From Planktothrix pseudagardhii (GTDB lineage: Bacteria; Cyanobacteriota; Cyanobacteriia; Cyanobacteriales; Microcoleaceae), in contig NZ_LR882967.1 of NCBI RefSeq assembly GCF_904830925.1, forward strand, positions 3,618,106-3,682,105: a DNA stretch of 64,000 bases, given 5' to 3'. Every line of letters begins with the position of its first letter. Position 1 is the stretch's first letter. Below are positions 1-10,300 of the stretch, in pieces. The translations under genes were made by a program, and so were the position numbers. Below the pieces are notes generated by a model that had not been told where the DNA came from, did no database searches, and saw only the letters and a list, made by a program, of their open reading frames with translations.

Positions 1-899
1 GTATCCTGATCCGGTTCCTGATTTAAACCTGATAATAGTAAAATAAAGCCCAAAAATGATAAAGGTACAAAAATCAATAATTCGTCTTTGATGTTGAACA
101 AGGTTTGAGCAGGACGATAAATCAACAGACTCAAACTTACAAAAGGCCCAATCACCATTTGACACAGGGGAGTCAAAATTAAGGTCAAAAAATCTAGCTG
201 ATTAATTCTAGCTTCACCCGTGAGCTTGCGCGCCACAAACACTAGAACTAACATAGTAGATAAAATTAATGTATTTCTCAGAATTTCCTTGAGCAAACTT
301 TTATTCCACTGATTTTTAAACAATGGCGCAGTCAGAAAAAGTGGAAACACTGTTTCATAAGAGAATAGAGTGGAAAAAATCAGGAGATAGGATAATATTT
401 TTTGGTTGTTAAAATAGCAGATAAAAGCTAGTAATAAAAAGGTTAAAGATGAATAAAGAGAAATATGGGTTAAATAAGCATGATTTGTATCGGCTGGAAA
501 CAAAGTAAAAGCTAGAGTTCCAGTGATGATAAAAATCGGTTGATTCCAAAGAGACTTTAGAAAGATATAGCACAAAATATTATTAATTAAAATAACTAAA
601 TAATTGATCAAATAAAGAAATTGAAAATCACCGATTAACTGTCCCAAAAATCCAACCGAAAACTCGATTAAATAAAGAAGCGGACGACCTTCTGTAACAT
701 TAAAATTTAGGATATGCCATTTCATGAAATCACCAAATTCGGTGATATCCATGGACATCGGTTGAGCGATCAAAAAATAATCATCTTCATATAAACCGAG
801 ATTTTTATAGTTCCAAAAGTGAGCTATAAACGTAATAATAGCTAGGATAAAAAAAGTTTTTAACCCTTGATTATTAAAAATCCTAGATAGATTACCCAT
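1..899 (-). CDS. Polytopic integral membrane protein, 5'-complete but running off the window start (partial). Candidate GtrC/ArnT-like lipid-linked-sugar glycosyltransferase.
   Basis: Reverse-complement translation from the ATG at 899-897 is open for 299 codons to position 1 with no stop (checked codon by codon). The product is very hydrophobic with many predicted TM helices. It is divergently adjacent to a GtrB-like GT2 gene. The ORF is absent from the supplied track because it has no stop inside the window. Confidence 0.45.
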   Translation of the reverse strand, partial: MGNLSRIFNNQGLKTFFILAIITFIAHFWNYKNLGLYEDDYFLIAQPMSMDITEFGDFMKWHILNFNVTEGRPLLYLIEFSVGFLGQLIGDFQFLYLINYLVILINNILCYIFLKSLWNQPIFIITGTLAFTLFPADTNHAYLTHISLYSSLTFLLLAFICYFNNQKILSYLLIFSTLFSYETVFPLFLTAPLFKNQWNKSLLKEILRNTLILSTMLVLVFVARKLTGEARINQLDFLTLILTPLCQMVIGPFVSLSLLIYRPAQTLFNIKDELLIFVPLSFLGFILLLSGLNQEPDQD

Positions 900-1030
900 T
901 ATTTTTAAAGTGTTTATGTTTAATATTGTTAATCATTATCAGATTCGAGTTTTTTTGTCAATGTGTAAGTCCTATGATATGCTTGATAAAATCAAAGTAC
1001 CTAAAAAGTGTAACCTAATTTTGAACGAAT

Positions 1031-2191
1031 GTGATGATCACGATTGAAGTAATCGCTACTGTGACAAAAGAATCTCAAGTAACCCTTAGTCTTCCCTCTG
1101 AAATTTCTCCAGGAGATCATAAAATGGTACTTACTGTTGATGAAAAATTAATAGCGGAGCCAACAATCCTATCACCCCATGAAACTGAAGAGTTGCTTCA
1201 ATCTTCAATGGAATCCCAGTTAGATGATCTTGAATTGTCTATTGTTATTCCTTGTCACAATGAAGAACCGAATCTTGATCACTTATTTGAGCGGCTCTCT
1301 TCGGTTTTGAATCAGTTAAACATGACCTACGAAATTATCTGTATTGATGATGGCAGTAGTGACCATACCCTTAAATGTTTAATCGATAATCGCTCCCGAA
1401 ATCCAGCTATCAAAATTGTGAGTTTATCGCGGAATTTTGGCAAAGAAATTGCCTTAACCGCAGGACTTGAACACGCACAAGGAAAAGCCATTATCCCCAT
1501 TGATGCTGATCTTCAAGACCCTCCAGAACTGATTGAACAACTGGTGAGTAAGTGGCGCGAAGGCTATGATATTGTTGATGCCAAGCGTCAATTTCGCATT
1601 GATGATAGCTGGCTAAAACGCTTAACAGCCAAAGGATTTTATTATACCATTGCTCAGTTAAGCCCGGTGGATATTCCGGCGAATGTAGGGGATTTTCGCT
1701 TATTAGACCGCCGAGTTGTAGAAGCCTTAAAAAAGATGCCTGAACGCACTCGCTTTATGAAAGGTTTATTTGCTTGGGTGGGTTTCAAACACTGTTCTGT
1801 TCTCTATGACCGACAACCCCGTTATCAAGGACAAACCAAATGGAATTACTGGAAACTCTGGAATTTTGCCTTAGATGGTATTACCTCTTTTAGTGTAATT
1901 CCCCTGAATATTTGGACTTATATTGGGTTTATTTTATCGTTTGTGGCGTTCTTGTATGCGGCCTATTTAATTGTTTTGACAATGATTCAGGGAATTACAG
2001 TACCCGGTTATATCTCCTTAATGGTGGTTGTCCTATTTTTAGGCGGTATTCAGTTAATGGGATTAGGAATAATTGGGGAATATTTGGGAAGAGTTTATGA
2101 GGAAGTTAAACAACGTCCTTTGTATTTAGTCCAAGACTCTCATGGTTTTACCCTGAACTCTCTCAATGTCGAACATAAAAAGGCAATGTAA
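1031..2191 (+). CDS. Family-2 glycosyltransferase, polyprenyl-phosphate sugar transferase type (GtrB/ArnC/DPM1-like) with two C-terminal TM helices.
   Basis: Motifs SIVIPCHNEE and ICIDDGSSD (DXD region) plus a C-terminal hydrophobic pair are typical of bactoprenol-glucose transferases. The 59-residue N-terminal extension is probably not translated. The true start is likely the ATG at 1208 (MESQLDDLELSIVIPC...). Confidence 0.8.
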   Translation: MMITIEVIATVTKESQVTLSLPSEISPGDHKMVLTVDEKLIAEPTILSPHETEELLQSSMESQLDDLELSIVIPCHNEEPNLDHLFERLSSVLNQLNMTYEIICIDDGSSDHTLKCLIDNRSRNPAIKIVSLSRNFGKEIALTAGLEHAQGKAIIPIDADLQDPPELIEQLVSKWREGYDIVDAKRQFRIDDSWLKRLTAKGFYYTIAQLSPVDIPANVGDFRLLDRRVVEALKKMPERTRFMKGLFAWVGFKHCSVLYDRQPRYQGQTKWNYWKLWNFALDGITSFSVIPLNIWTYIGFILSFVAFLYAAYLIVLTMIQGITVPGYISLMVVVLFLGGIQLMGLGIIGEYLGRVYEEVKQRPLYLVQDSHGFTLNSLNVEHKKAM

Positions 2192-2249
2192 TCAGATGCT
2201 ACATTTCTGTAGGATGGTTTTATTGAAGATTAAAAGTCTCTTGTAGGTG

Positions 2250-2702
2250 TCAGGAAATCCCCCTTTCTTCAGAATCAAATAATTCTGCTTGTTGATTATT
2301 CTTGTCCCCTTTAAATACCCAAAAATCATTCATAATATAGTTGAGGACTGCACCAAATAAACCTCCAGCTAATGTATTAATTTTAGGATCAATACTACCA
2401 TAGTCTAAGAGGGGAAATAAAAACACAATTCGAGCAATAACCACACTTCCGGCTGCTAAATGAAACAGAGGAAGTTGCTTCAAGAAAATTTCTTTGAATT
2501 CCCAGTTTCCCTCTGTCCATATCCAAAGACGATACAGAAAAAAACTAAATAAAACCGAGAGTTCAATAGAAATTACATTGGCTAAATTATGAAGCACAGG
2601 AGTATTCCAGCCCCACCTATCAATTAGCAGAAAAATTAAGAGGATATTAAAACAGGTTGTTAAACCTCCCCCAATTATAAATTTAAAAAATTTTTTTGCC
2701 AT
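2250..2702 (-). CDS. GtrA-family small membrane protein (putative lipid-linked sugar flippase)
   Basis: 150 aa with 4 predicted TM helices. The N-terminus FIIGGGLTTCFNILLIFLL matches the GtrA-family signature. It is adjacent to the GtrB-like gene. Confidence 0.7.
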   Translation of the reverse strand: MAKKFFKFIIGGGLTTCFNILLIFLLIDRWGWNTPVLHNLANVISIELSVLFSFFLYRLWIWTEGNWEFKEIFLKQLPLFHLAAGSVVIARIVFLFPLLDYGSIDPKINTLAGGLFGAVLNYIMNDFWVFKGDKNNQQAELFDSEERGIS

Positions 2703-2767
2703 TAGGATTCCAAAATTTTAATGTTAATCTGAGCATTGAACTAATCGGCGTTTTTTCCTCGTATAGT

Positions 2768-4375
2768 TTAAGAATTTTGTTCTGTCGTATAAACCACAAA
2801 ACCGGATAACTCTGGTACTTCAATTCTTCGAGTAAAATCGGGTAAATAATGAAGATAAAATTTGCCAAATTCCCCTCTTAAATCTGCCCAAGCGGGGATA
2901 GCAATTTGGGTAAAATTCTCTGGGAGGTAAGCCATAAACTCCTCTTTACTAATGGGAACTCCAGCTAAATAGCGATCAAAAGGGCCAGAATCAATATGAT
3001 ATAATTGATGCTCTGCCATCAGAACTGAAAAGGGATGCCAAGGAAAATAAACTTGACCCGGATTTTTTTTAGAATATTCATAGACCACTTGATGCACATT
3101 ATTGAAAAAACTAGGGAAGGTTTTATAAATATAAGGAATGGGCAGATTAATATTATAGATTGTTAGGATTATTACTAAAGATAATAACCCGGTTTGGCTG
3201 ATTTTTTGTAAAAGTTCTTGACCGGATTTGGGGGATAAATTTGTGGCTTGTTCTAACAACACTAAATGAGCAACCAAGGTTAAAAAGTAAACGGTATACA
3301 TTCCATTGGCATCTCCTCCAGCTTTGACTCTTCCTAATAAGGATGTAGGAATAAAAAATAAGCTAACAATGACAAATAAAAGCCAAGGATTTTCTTGAAT
3401 CCAAGTTTTTATTTTCTGAATGTCATTGGGGAGAGTCCCTAAAATCCAAAACCCGACTATCATCCCTTGTAAAAGACAATATCCGGCTAATTGCTGGGCT
3501 GCGGATAACAGCATTAATAATTTATCCCAAAACAGCGTAATCGTTTGATTATTTCCATCAAACCAAGGTTGATTCCCTGGAATTGTAATCAGATTAAACA
3601 ATAAAGCTTGGGGATTAAATGCTATTAACAAGACAGCCGAAATAACGACTCCACTCAGGGCTAAACAAGCTAAATACCGCTTGAAAACCTTGAAATCATA
3701 GGCTAAAAATAGATAGACAGGTAAAGAAATCAAAATAGGGGCGGCAATTTGTTTTGTCAATACCGCTAAAACGGCTAGAATTGAACTAATTAATAATTTT
3801 TTTAAGGGGATTTCAGGCTTGTTTTTTTCTTTGTAAAGGATGACGCAAGCTAAGGCTGAAAACCCTAAAGCGGGACAATCAGCACAAATTCTAAACGCAT
3901 CATAGGATAAGGTTCTAATTTGAGTTGTAAAAAAGATAAAAGCAATTAAAGCCAGTATCGATAAATAAAATCCTTTTTTGTTTTTCCAAGTTTCACCGCC
4001 ATATACCCAAATTACGGGGGTAAAAAAATAAACTAAAGACATTAATTTACCTAAAACCAGAGCAACTGTAGGAGAATTAACTAGGCTTGCGGGTAAATAC
4101 GCTAAAGCCAGTAATGGCCCATACATATCACTAATCAGTGGCCCTACAGGATCTTTTGGATAATACAAATTGAATTTATATTTCCAAAAAAATGCCATCA
4201 TTAAACGATCTGCATTCCACTCAGGAATTGATGATGGGTATTGACCGGGTGCAGCAAAGTTATCGAGCAGAAAATGATAGACTAAAAGGACAAGACAAAA
4301 TAATCCTGATAGGATAATCGTAGAGATAATTAATCGATCTTGAAAGAATTTTGTTTGTTTTAAGCTTGAGTCCAT
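2768..4375 (-). CDS. Large polytopic membrane protein, GtrC/ArnT (GT39/GT83)-like glycosyltransferase candidate
   Basis: 535 aa with more than 10 predicted TM helices. It sits directly downstream of gtrA-like on the same strand. The architecture is typical of serotype-specific or ArnT-type transferases that use undecaprenyl-phosphate sugars. Confidence 0.5.
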   Translation of the reverse strand: MDSSLKQTKFFQDRLIISTIILSGLFCLVLLVYHFLLDNFAAPGQYPSSIPEWNADRLMMAFFWKYKFNLYYPKDPVGPLISDMYGPLLALAYLPASLVNSPTVALVLGKLMSLVYFFTPVIWVYGGETWKNKKGFYLSILALIAFIFFTTQIRTLSYDAFRICADCPALGFSALACVILYKEKNKPEIPLKKLLISSILAVLAVLTKQIAAPILISLPVYLFLAYDFKVFKRYLACLALSGVVISAVLLIAFNPQALLFNLITIPGNQPWFDGNNQTITLFWDKLLMLLSAAQQLAGYCLLQGMIVGFWILGTLPNDIQKIKTWIQENPWLLFVIVSLFFIPTSLLGRVKAGGDANGMYTVYFLTLVAHLVLLEQATNLSPKSGQELLQKISQTGLLSLVIILTIYNINLPIPYIYKTFPSFFNNVHQVVYEYSKKNPGQVYFPWHPFSVLMAEHQLYHIDSGPFDRYLAGVPISKEEFMAYLPENFTQIAIPAWADLRGEFGKFYLHYLPDFTRRIEVPELSGFVVYTTEQNS

Positions 4376-4592
4376 AATCCATCAGTGGTTAACACTCATG
4401 TTGCTCATAAATCCTACACGGACTGCTAGATACACGTCAACTGTGATCAGGAATATTGCACTGGAATCTTAAATTAACCTTAAAAGTTAAGTAGATAAAA
4501 TACTCTAAAATTTGATTTTTATCAATGCTTGACGACAACTTGATCCTGTATTAACCTTTGTGTAGGATTGATTCAGGTTAAACTAAAATTCT

Positions 4593-5009
4593 ATGGATAC
4601 GCTGACCAATAAGGAAATTATTGCTGGCTTTTTTGAAATCTATAATAATAAAGATTATGAAGCGGTATATCGGTACTTTTCTCCCCACTATGTTGATCAT
4701 GGATTACCCCAAGTCAAGAGTTTAGAGCAGGTGATCGGCATCTTAAAACTGACTCATAAAAGCTTTCCCGATCTTCAAGTCATCATTAATGATTTGATAG
4801 AAGAAAATAATCAAGTTGTGTTTCGAGGTCGCTTTAGCGGGACACACTTGGGTGAGTTTGCCAATCTGCCTCCGGGTGGTGCAAAAGTCGAATTTGAAGC
4901 GTTAGAAATTTTTAAAATTGAAAATCAAAAGATCACAGAATCTTGGGGATATTGGCCCCTTTCAGAGATTATTAATCAGATAACAGCAGCAGCCAATCAA
5001 AAGCAATAA
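4593..5009 (+). CDS. SnoaL-like / ester-cyclase (NTF2-fold) family protein
   Basis: 138 aa. The N-terminal pattern NKEIIAGFFEIYNNKDYEAV...YFSPHYVDHG is characteristic of the ester cyclase / SnoaL_2 family. Confidence 0.55.
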   Translation: MDTLTNKEIIAGFFEIYNNKDYEAVYRYFSPHYVDHGLPQVKSLEQVIGILKLTHKSFPDLQVIINDLIEENNQVVFRGRFSGTHLGEFANLPPGGAKVEFEALEIFKIENQKITESWGYWPLSEIINQITAAANQKQ

Positions 5010-5593
5010 TCACCTGACTTAAAAATAAACAAGGTTGATATTTATAGACAACTTAATTCATGACCCTAACCGCGTCTTGGTTAAATTCCCAGAAACCGAA
5101 GCTGAAGAAATATCTCCTCTTTAACCATGAACCGACACCAGAATTATTTGCCATTCTCACCGTCTATTTTATCCAGGGGATATTAGGATTAGCACAGTTA
5201 GCTGTCAACTTTTTTCTAAAAGACAATTTGGGGCTGAGTCCATCTCAAATGGCAGCTTTGATGGGAATTGCTGCTGTCCCCTGGATTGTTAAACCATTGT
5301 TTGGATTTCTCTCCGATGGTCTTCCCATTGCCGGGTATCATCGTCGTCCTTATTTGATCGTATCAGGATTATTAGGAACCTTCGCCTGGATTGCCTTAGC
5401 CACCGTTGTTCATGATACCTGGACAGCCACCCTAGCCATCCTCTTAACCTCTGTGTCGGTCGCCATGAGTGATGTGATTATCGATTCCATTGTCGTAGAA
5501 CGTGCCCGCAAAGAATCCTTAATCCAGTCGGGCTCTATGCAATCGTTGATGTGGACGGTTTCAGGAATCGGAGGATTATTGACGGCCTATTTA

Positions 5594-7247
5594 GGGCTTG
5601 CTGAAAAAAGGCGAAAAGCCAGAACAGGCGGGAGGAGAAGACAAGAAAAAATGAATCAGGTGCAAGGGATGGGTGTAAAATAGCGCAAAAACCTGGCAGG
5701 AGTTGGGGAAAATGTACCGTAAAGACGAACAACAGAAAACACCACCCGAAGAGTTCAAACTGCCATTTGAGGGAAAACTCTCAGAAGAGAATCGCTGGGT
5801 AATCATGGCTCAATGGATACCGTGGGAAGAATTTGAAGTGGAATATGCAGAATTATTCTCATCTGTGATGGGAGCACCCGCCAAAACATTTAGAATGGCA
5901 TTAGGAGCCTTAATCATTAAAGAAAAATTAGGGATAAGCGACCGAGAAACAGTAGAACAAATCAAAGAAAATCCCTACTTGCAGTATTTTATCGGGTTGT
6001 CAGAATACAGGAACGAAGCTCCATTTGATGCCTCAATGTTAGTGCACTTTCGGACGAGAATCAATGTAAATTTAGTGAATAAAGTTAATCGGTTAATGGT
6101 CAAAAGAATGCGAGAGGCGAGTTCCGAGCCAGCCTCAGAAAATCAATCAGAAGCTGAAGAGGGAAGTGAGAGGAAAAACCGAGGAAAATTAATAGCTGAT
6201 GCGACTTGTGCACCTGCGGATATCACATATCCAACAGACTTAAAAATTTTAAATAAAGCCAGAGAACAGACAGAAAAAATCATTGATAGTTTGCATAAAA
6301 GTCGTCAGGATAAATCAGAAAAGAAACCAAGAACTTATCGAAAAACAGCCAGAAAAGACTACCTAGAAGTAGCCAAACAACGCCGACCTTCCCGACAAAA
6401 AAGACGAAAAGCAGTTAAAAAACAACTGCAATATATTAAACGAAACTTAGGACATATAGACCAACTCATCGACAATGGAGCAACGCTAGATTGCTTAAAT
6501 AACAAGCAATATAAGAGTTTATTAGTAATATCAGAAGTTTACCGTCAACAGCAATGGATGTATGAGAATAACAAACAGAGCATTTCCGATAGAATCGTCA
6601 GTTTGAGCCAACCTCATATTCGTCCGATTGTGCGAGGTAAAGCCGGAACGTCAGTAGAATTTGGTGCTAAATTGTCTGCGAGTTGTCTGGATGAATATGT
6701 ATTTCTTGACCGGATTAGTTGGGATAATTTTAACGAATCCTGTGATTTAAAAACACAAATAGAGGCTTTTAAAGAATACACGGGGCATTATCCTGAATCA
6801 GTCCATGTAGATAAAATTTACCGGACTAGAGACAACCGAGCTTGGTGTAAAGACAGAGGAATTAGAATCAGTGGCCTCCCATTAGGGAGACCGTCAGCAA
6901 ATCTTAGTAAAGCTACTAAGAAACAGGCGTTAGAGGATGAAAAAATTCGGAATTCCATTGAGGGGAAATTTGGCCAAGGGAAAAGAAGATTTAGCCTGAA
7001 TCGGATTATGAATAAACTAGCTCATACTTCCGAAACAGCAATTGCTATTACTTTTTTAGTCATGAATCTCTCTGTGATTCTTAGACGGATTTTTAGGTCA
7101 ATTTTTTTGTTCAATTACTTTTTTCGAGTTATTGATTACCAGAATTTATCTGTTAACTCCTTATCTCAAAAAAAACTTATTTATCCTTCTGACTCCATTT
7201 GCTAGTTAATCATTCTTTTGCTTTTCTGTTACTTTTTCAGCAAGCCC
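5594..7247 (+). mobile_element. IS element, IS5/IS1182-like, approximately 1654 bp, with 15-bp terminal inverted repeats and a 6-8 bp target-site duplication
   Basis: The left end is GGGCTTGCTGAAAAA at 5594. The right end 7233-7247 is TTTTTCAGCAAGCCC, its exact reverse complement. The flanking direct repeat is (CC)TATTTA at 5586-5593 and 7248-7253. One 500-aa transposase ORF lies inside. Confidence 0.75.
5703..7205 (+). CDS. DDE transposase (IS5/IS1182 superfamily, InsH-like N-terminal domain)
   Basis: 500 aa. The N-terminal segment (...FRMALGALIIKEKLGISDRETVEQIKENPYLQYFIGL...) resembles the IS5 InsH N-domain. LIADATCAPADITYPTDL is the first DDE block. The protein has a K/R-rich middle and a C-terminal catalytic region. 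Confidence 0.75.
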   Translation: MGKMYRKDEQQKTPPEEFKLPFEGKLSEENRWVIMAQWIPWEEFEVEYAELFSSVMGAPAKTFRMALGALIIKEKLGISDRETVEQIKENPYLQYFIGLSEYRNEAPFDASMLVHFRTRINVNLVNKVNRLMVKRMREASSEPASENQSEAEEGSERKNRGKLIADATCAPADITYPTDLKILNKAREQTEKIIDSLHKSRQDKSEKKPRTYRKTARKDYLEVAKQRRPSRQKRRKAVKKQLQYIKRNLGHIDQLIDNGATLDCLNNKQYKSLLVISEVYRQQQWMYENNKQSISDRIVSLSQPHIRPIVRGKAGTSVEFGAKLSASCLDEYVFLDRISWDNFNESCDLKTQIEAFKEYTGHYPESVHVDKIYRTRDNRAWCKDRGIRISGLPLGRPSANLSKATKKQALEDEKIRNSIEGKFGQGKRRFSLNRIMNKLAHTSETAIAITFLVMNLSVILRRIFRSIFLFNYFFRVIDYQNLSVNSLSQKKLIYPSDSIC

Positions 7248-8065
7248 TATTTAAGTGGTTGGTTGCTGGAGAATTTTACCAGCCAGACGGTTTTTGGGAT
7301 TACGGCTTTCTTTCCCTTAATCGTGTCGGGGGTTGCGGGTTTGATTGCGGAAAAATCCGTATCAGACCTCAAACCCCATCGAACTGACCCTAGCAACATC
7401 CACCAAAAAGTAACCTTGCTTTGGAATACCCTGCGCCAAAAATACATCTTGCTTCCTACCCTGTTTATTTGTATCTGGCAAGCAACGCCCAACACGGAAT
7501 CTGCCTTTTTCTATTTCACCACCAATGAGTTAGGCTTTAGCCCAGAATTTCTGGGGCGTGTGCGATTGGTAACCAGCCTTGCAACCTTGCTTGGGATTGG
7601 CATTTATCAACGCTATCTCAAAGCCGTTTCCTTTCGTAAAATCTTGGGTTGGAGTATTGTGCTTTCCTCCCTACTGGGGATGACGACTTTGATCCTGGTC
7701 ACCCATGCTAACCGAGCAATAGGCATTAATGATCACTGGTTTAGTTTGGGCGATAGTGCTGTGCTAACGGTGATGGGTCAGATTGCCTTTATGCCTGTGT
7801 TTGTGATGTCTGCTCGTCTCTGTCCGCCGGGAATTGAGGCTACTCTGTTTGCTTTTTTGTTGTCCGCCTTCGGCTTATCGGGAATGATTGCCTATGAGTT
7901 GGGAGCACTCCTCACCCACTGGTTAGGAATTAGCAATCTAAATTTTGAAAACCTCTGGATTTTGGTCGTTATTGCTAATCTTTCTACTTTGCTTCCCCTG
8001 CCTTTATTGGGATGGTTGCCTAACCAAAATTCTCAACAGGAATCTTGACTAGGTAATTGATAATT

Positions 8066-8722
8066 TTATTCTGAAGCAGCATAACCGTATTTTTCAAACC
8101 AATCTCGATATTTCATCTCGATTTGTTGAACTAAATCTGGATCTAAATAATTCACCCAATAACCATTCCTGCCATCGGTAATATGATTACTATGAAAGAG
8201 GTTAGTTTTGTGGTGAACCTCATCTCTATCTCCTTCACTTTCGTAAGATAAATTATCAATTTCATCAACAATAGCCGACGCATTCACAGAACCCACCGCG
8301 CAAAGTTGAGCTAATTCTTCAATAATACTATTCTTGCCAGTCAAAATTCTGTGGTAAGGGACAACTAAATCTGCCACATTAATCCATTGTTCGTGCATTT
8401 GGATCAGATAATCCGCAAATTCAACCGTCGGGGAATCTCCAAATGCTCTCCAATTACTCGCCATTGCATCTCGAATATCTCGATAGGAATATACGATTAA
8501 TGTAGCTTGATCGGCAATGGATTGAACAAAATCATGGATTTTGATCAGTGTATATTCTTTCTCTGGGATTTTTTTATACTTCCAATCTCCTGACCATCCA
8601 CAAGTTAAATTATTTTTAATGGTAGGCGAACTAGAAAGCACAAGGCGAGTCGCGTTATATAACCAAGTGCTTCCTGATCTCATCATTCCCGAAGCCACAA
8701 TCAACTTTGATTCCATTCCCAT
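8066..8722 (-). CDS. Sulfotransferase-family protein (PAPS-dependent type)
   Basis: 218 aa. The N-terminal P-loop-like 5'-PSB motif SGMMRSGSTWLYN is typical of the sulfotransferase fold. It lies in the glycan-modification neighbourhood. Confidence 0.55.
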   Translation of the reverse strand: MGMESKLIVASGMMRSGSTWLYNATRLVLSSSPTIKNNLTCGWSGDWKYKKIPEKEYTLIKIHDFVQSIADQATLIVYSYRDIRDAMASNWRAFGDSPTVEFADYLIQMHEQWINVADLVVPYHRILTGKNSIIEELAQLCAVGSVNASAIVDEIDNLSYESEGDRDEVHHKTNLFHSNHITDGRNGYWVNYLDPDLVQQIEMKYRDWFEKYGYAASE

Positions 8723-8978
8723 AAATCCTTTTTCTCTGGATGCAAGAATCTAAATCAACGGGCGTAAACTGTCGTCACTCCGTTTCTCAATACGCTTTTC
8801 TTGCTGTTATTGGTCAGTCAATTATACCAAAGTATTGTAACTCTTATTGATCATTTGAGAGGGATCCCAGAAAATGAGCAGGTATTTCATCTTTTGGGAT
8901 ATAATTCGATTCTCTATAAAATGACCCATACCTTGACTTTTGATAAAAAACCGCTAAGATAAATTTTGCCTAAATTTA

Positions 8979-10223
8979 TTGAATAAAGACAGATTTATGA
9001 GAATCCTTTTCGTGATTAACTTGCCTTATAGTAGTTTGGAAATATTAGCAGTAGAAGCCATTAAGGTTGTAGAACCTCAAGGCATTGAAGTTTTATGGGT
9101 TTATATGAATCAATATATCGAAATGATGGATACCTGTCCTGAAATGTTAGAATGTGTGGACTTGGTTCATTTTGTTCTGGATGTTCAATCCTTCTCCTAT
9201 GAACAGATTAAAAAAGCTGCTAATATTCGCCCCATTATTAGTAGCTATCACCATTGGAACTTTAAAGAAATACCCCAACATTTAGAGTTAGTTAGCCACT
9301 TATTTTATGTCGCTAGATTTTTAGAATCAGAGGTACAACAGATCACATCAGGAAAAACAACCACCAGTCTTTTATTGAATGGAGTAGATACAAACGTATT
9401 TTTTCCGATTCTCAATCAAAAGCCGCGTGATCATTTTGTAATTGGTTTTTTCGGAACTCAACGCCCGAATAGTCGAAGCGATCGCAAAGGCAGTAGACTC
9501 TTGTTAGAAGCGGCAAAAATTATGGTTGAGTCGGGATACAAACCCAGTTTTTTAATTATGGGTTATGGATGGAAAAATTTAGTCCCCGTGTTAAGAGATC
9601 TGGGTTGTCCCGTCACCTATAAAGTTAGTGTACCGCGAGAAGATGTGCCGAAATACTATCATCAACTCGATCTTTATTTGATCACCTCACGCATCGAAGG
9701 AGGGCCGTTAACCCTTCTGGAAGCGGGGGCTTGCGGAATTCCTGTTATCTCTACTCCCGTCGGTATTGCTCCAGAACTTTTAACCAAACCGGGCTGTGGT
9801 AAACTGTTGTCTGGATTCGAGAGTCAAGAAATAGCAGAAGCGATCATGGATAATATGGAAAATCCTCATATTGCCCAAGAGAGAGCCCAAGCTTTACTTC
9901 AAGAAATCCGCCAATATTGGACTTGGAAAGATACTTATAAAGACTTAGCTAAAATTTATTTTGATCTCTATCAAAAAACGGCTCAACTCTCACAAATTAA
10001 GTCGTCAATCTCTTCTAAAAATAATATTCCTCCCTACCTGAATTTACAACAGGATGCTGTTGTACAACGAAGCATTGCTAGGAATTATGCTTTATTTTAT
10101 TTTGCCTTCTGTCTATACGATCACGGTGAAAAACTAGCAGCTTTAAGGACAGCCTTACCAATTTTACATCAAATCAAACCGATCTATTTTTGGAAGGAAC
10201 TTCAACGGGAAGAACATTGGTAA
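8979..10223 (+). CDS. Glycosyltransferase family 4 (GT-B fold, GT1/GT4 clan)
   Basis: The EAGACGIPVISTPVG motif is the E-X7-E-containing C-terminal signature of GT4 enzymes. The start may be the internal MRILFVINL. Confidence 0.75.
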   Translation: MNKDRFMRILFVINLPYSSLEILAVEAIKVVEPQGIEVLWVYMNQYIEMMDTCPEMLECVDLVHFVLDVQSFSYEQIKKAANIRPIISSYHHWNFKEIPQHLELVSHLFYVARFLESEVQQITSGKTTTSLLLNGVDTNVFFPILNQKPRDHFVIGFFGTQRPNSRSDRKGSRLLLEAAKIMVESGYKPSFLIMGYGWKNLVPVLRDLGCPVTYKVSVPREDVPKYYHQLDLYLITSRIEGGPLTLLEAGACGIPVISTPVGIAPELLTKPGCGKLLSGFESQEIAEAIMDNMENPHIAQERAQALLQEIRQYWTWKDTYKDLAKIYFDLYQKTAQLSQIKSSISSKNNIPPYLNLQQDAVVQRSIARNYALFYFAFCLYDHGEKLAALRTALPILHQIKPIYFWKELQREEHW

Positions 10224-10300
10224 AACCGTGGGATTTGTAACTACTTTGCTAAATTTTATCCTAATTTTGGATACAACTTAAATAAGATTGCTATATCCAC

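Larger units (their letters stand above)
5060..8048 (+). pseudogene. Folate-biopterin transporter (BT1/FBT family, MFS) gene interrupted by an IS insertion. The N-terminal part is 5060-5593 and the C-terminal part is 7248-8048.
   Basis: ORF 5060..5683 has FBT-family motifs up to ...GGLLTAYL. The frame then reads through the IS inverted repeat into nonsense (GLAEKRRKARTGG...). ORF 7218..8048 resumes in frame at SGWLLENF...GLIAEK... after the IS right end. Removing the IS and one copy of the direct repeat restores a continuous gene of approximately 445 codons. Confidence 0.75.

Noticed and set aside
1912-2100. 62-aa ORF nested in a different frame inside the GT2 gene (similarly 12906..13130 inside the ABC gene, 18606..18794 and 19010..19303 inside or opposite degT, and 20375..20939 opposite the AEC/VanY genes)
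   Set aside because: These are short overlapping ORFs inside or antisense to strongly supported genes. None has a recognisable domain.
1-4375. GtrA/GtrB/GtrC-like trio as a prophage serotype-conversion cassette
   Set aside because: No integrase, attachment-site-like tRNA or phage structural genes are nearby. The flanking genes are ordinary glycan-biosynthesis and modification enzymes, so a chromosomal envelope-glycan locus is more parsimonious.
5594-5683. C-terminal tail of ORF 5060..5683 (…GLAEKRRKARTGGRRRQEKMNQVQGMGVK) as a genuine protein end
   Set aside because: This segment is translation running through the IS inverted repeat. The authentic FBT sequence resumes at 7248.
5535-5806. Minus-strand ORFs (65 and 71 aa) across the FBT/IS left junction and ORFs 7199..7387 and 7247..7495 at the right junction
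   Set aside because: They overlap the IS terminal repeat or the better-supported FBT coding frame and have no coding signal. They are artefacts of open frames in AT-rich junction sequence.
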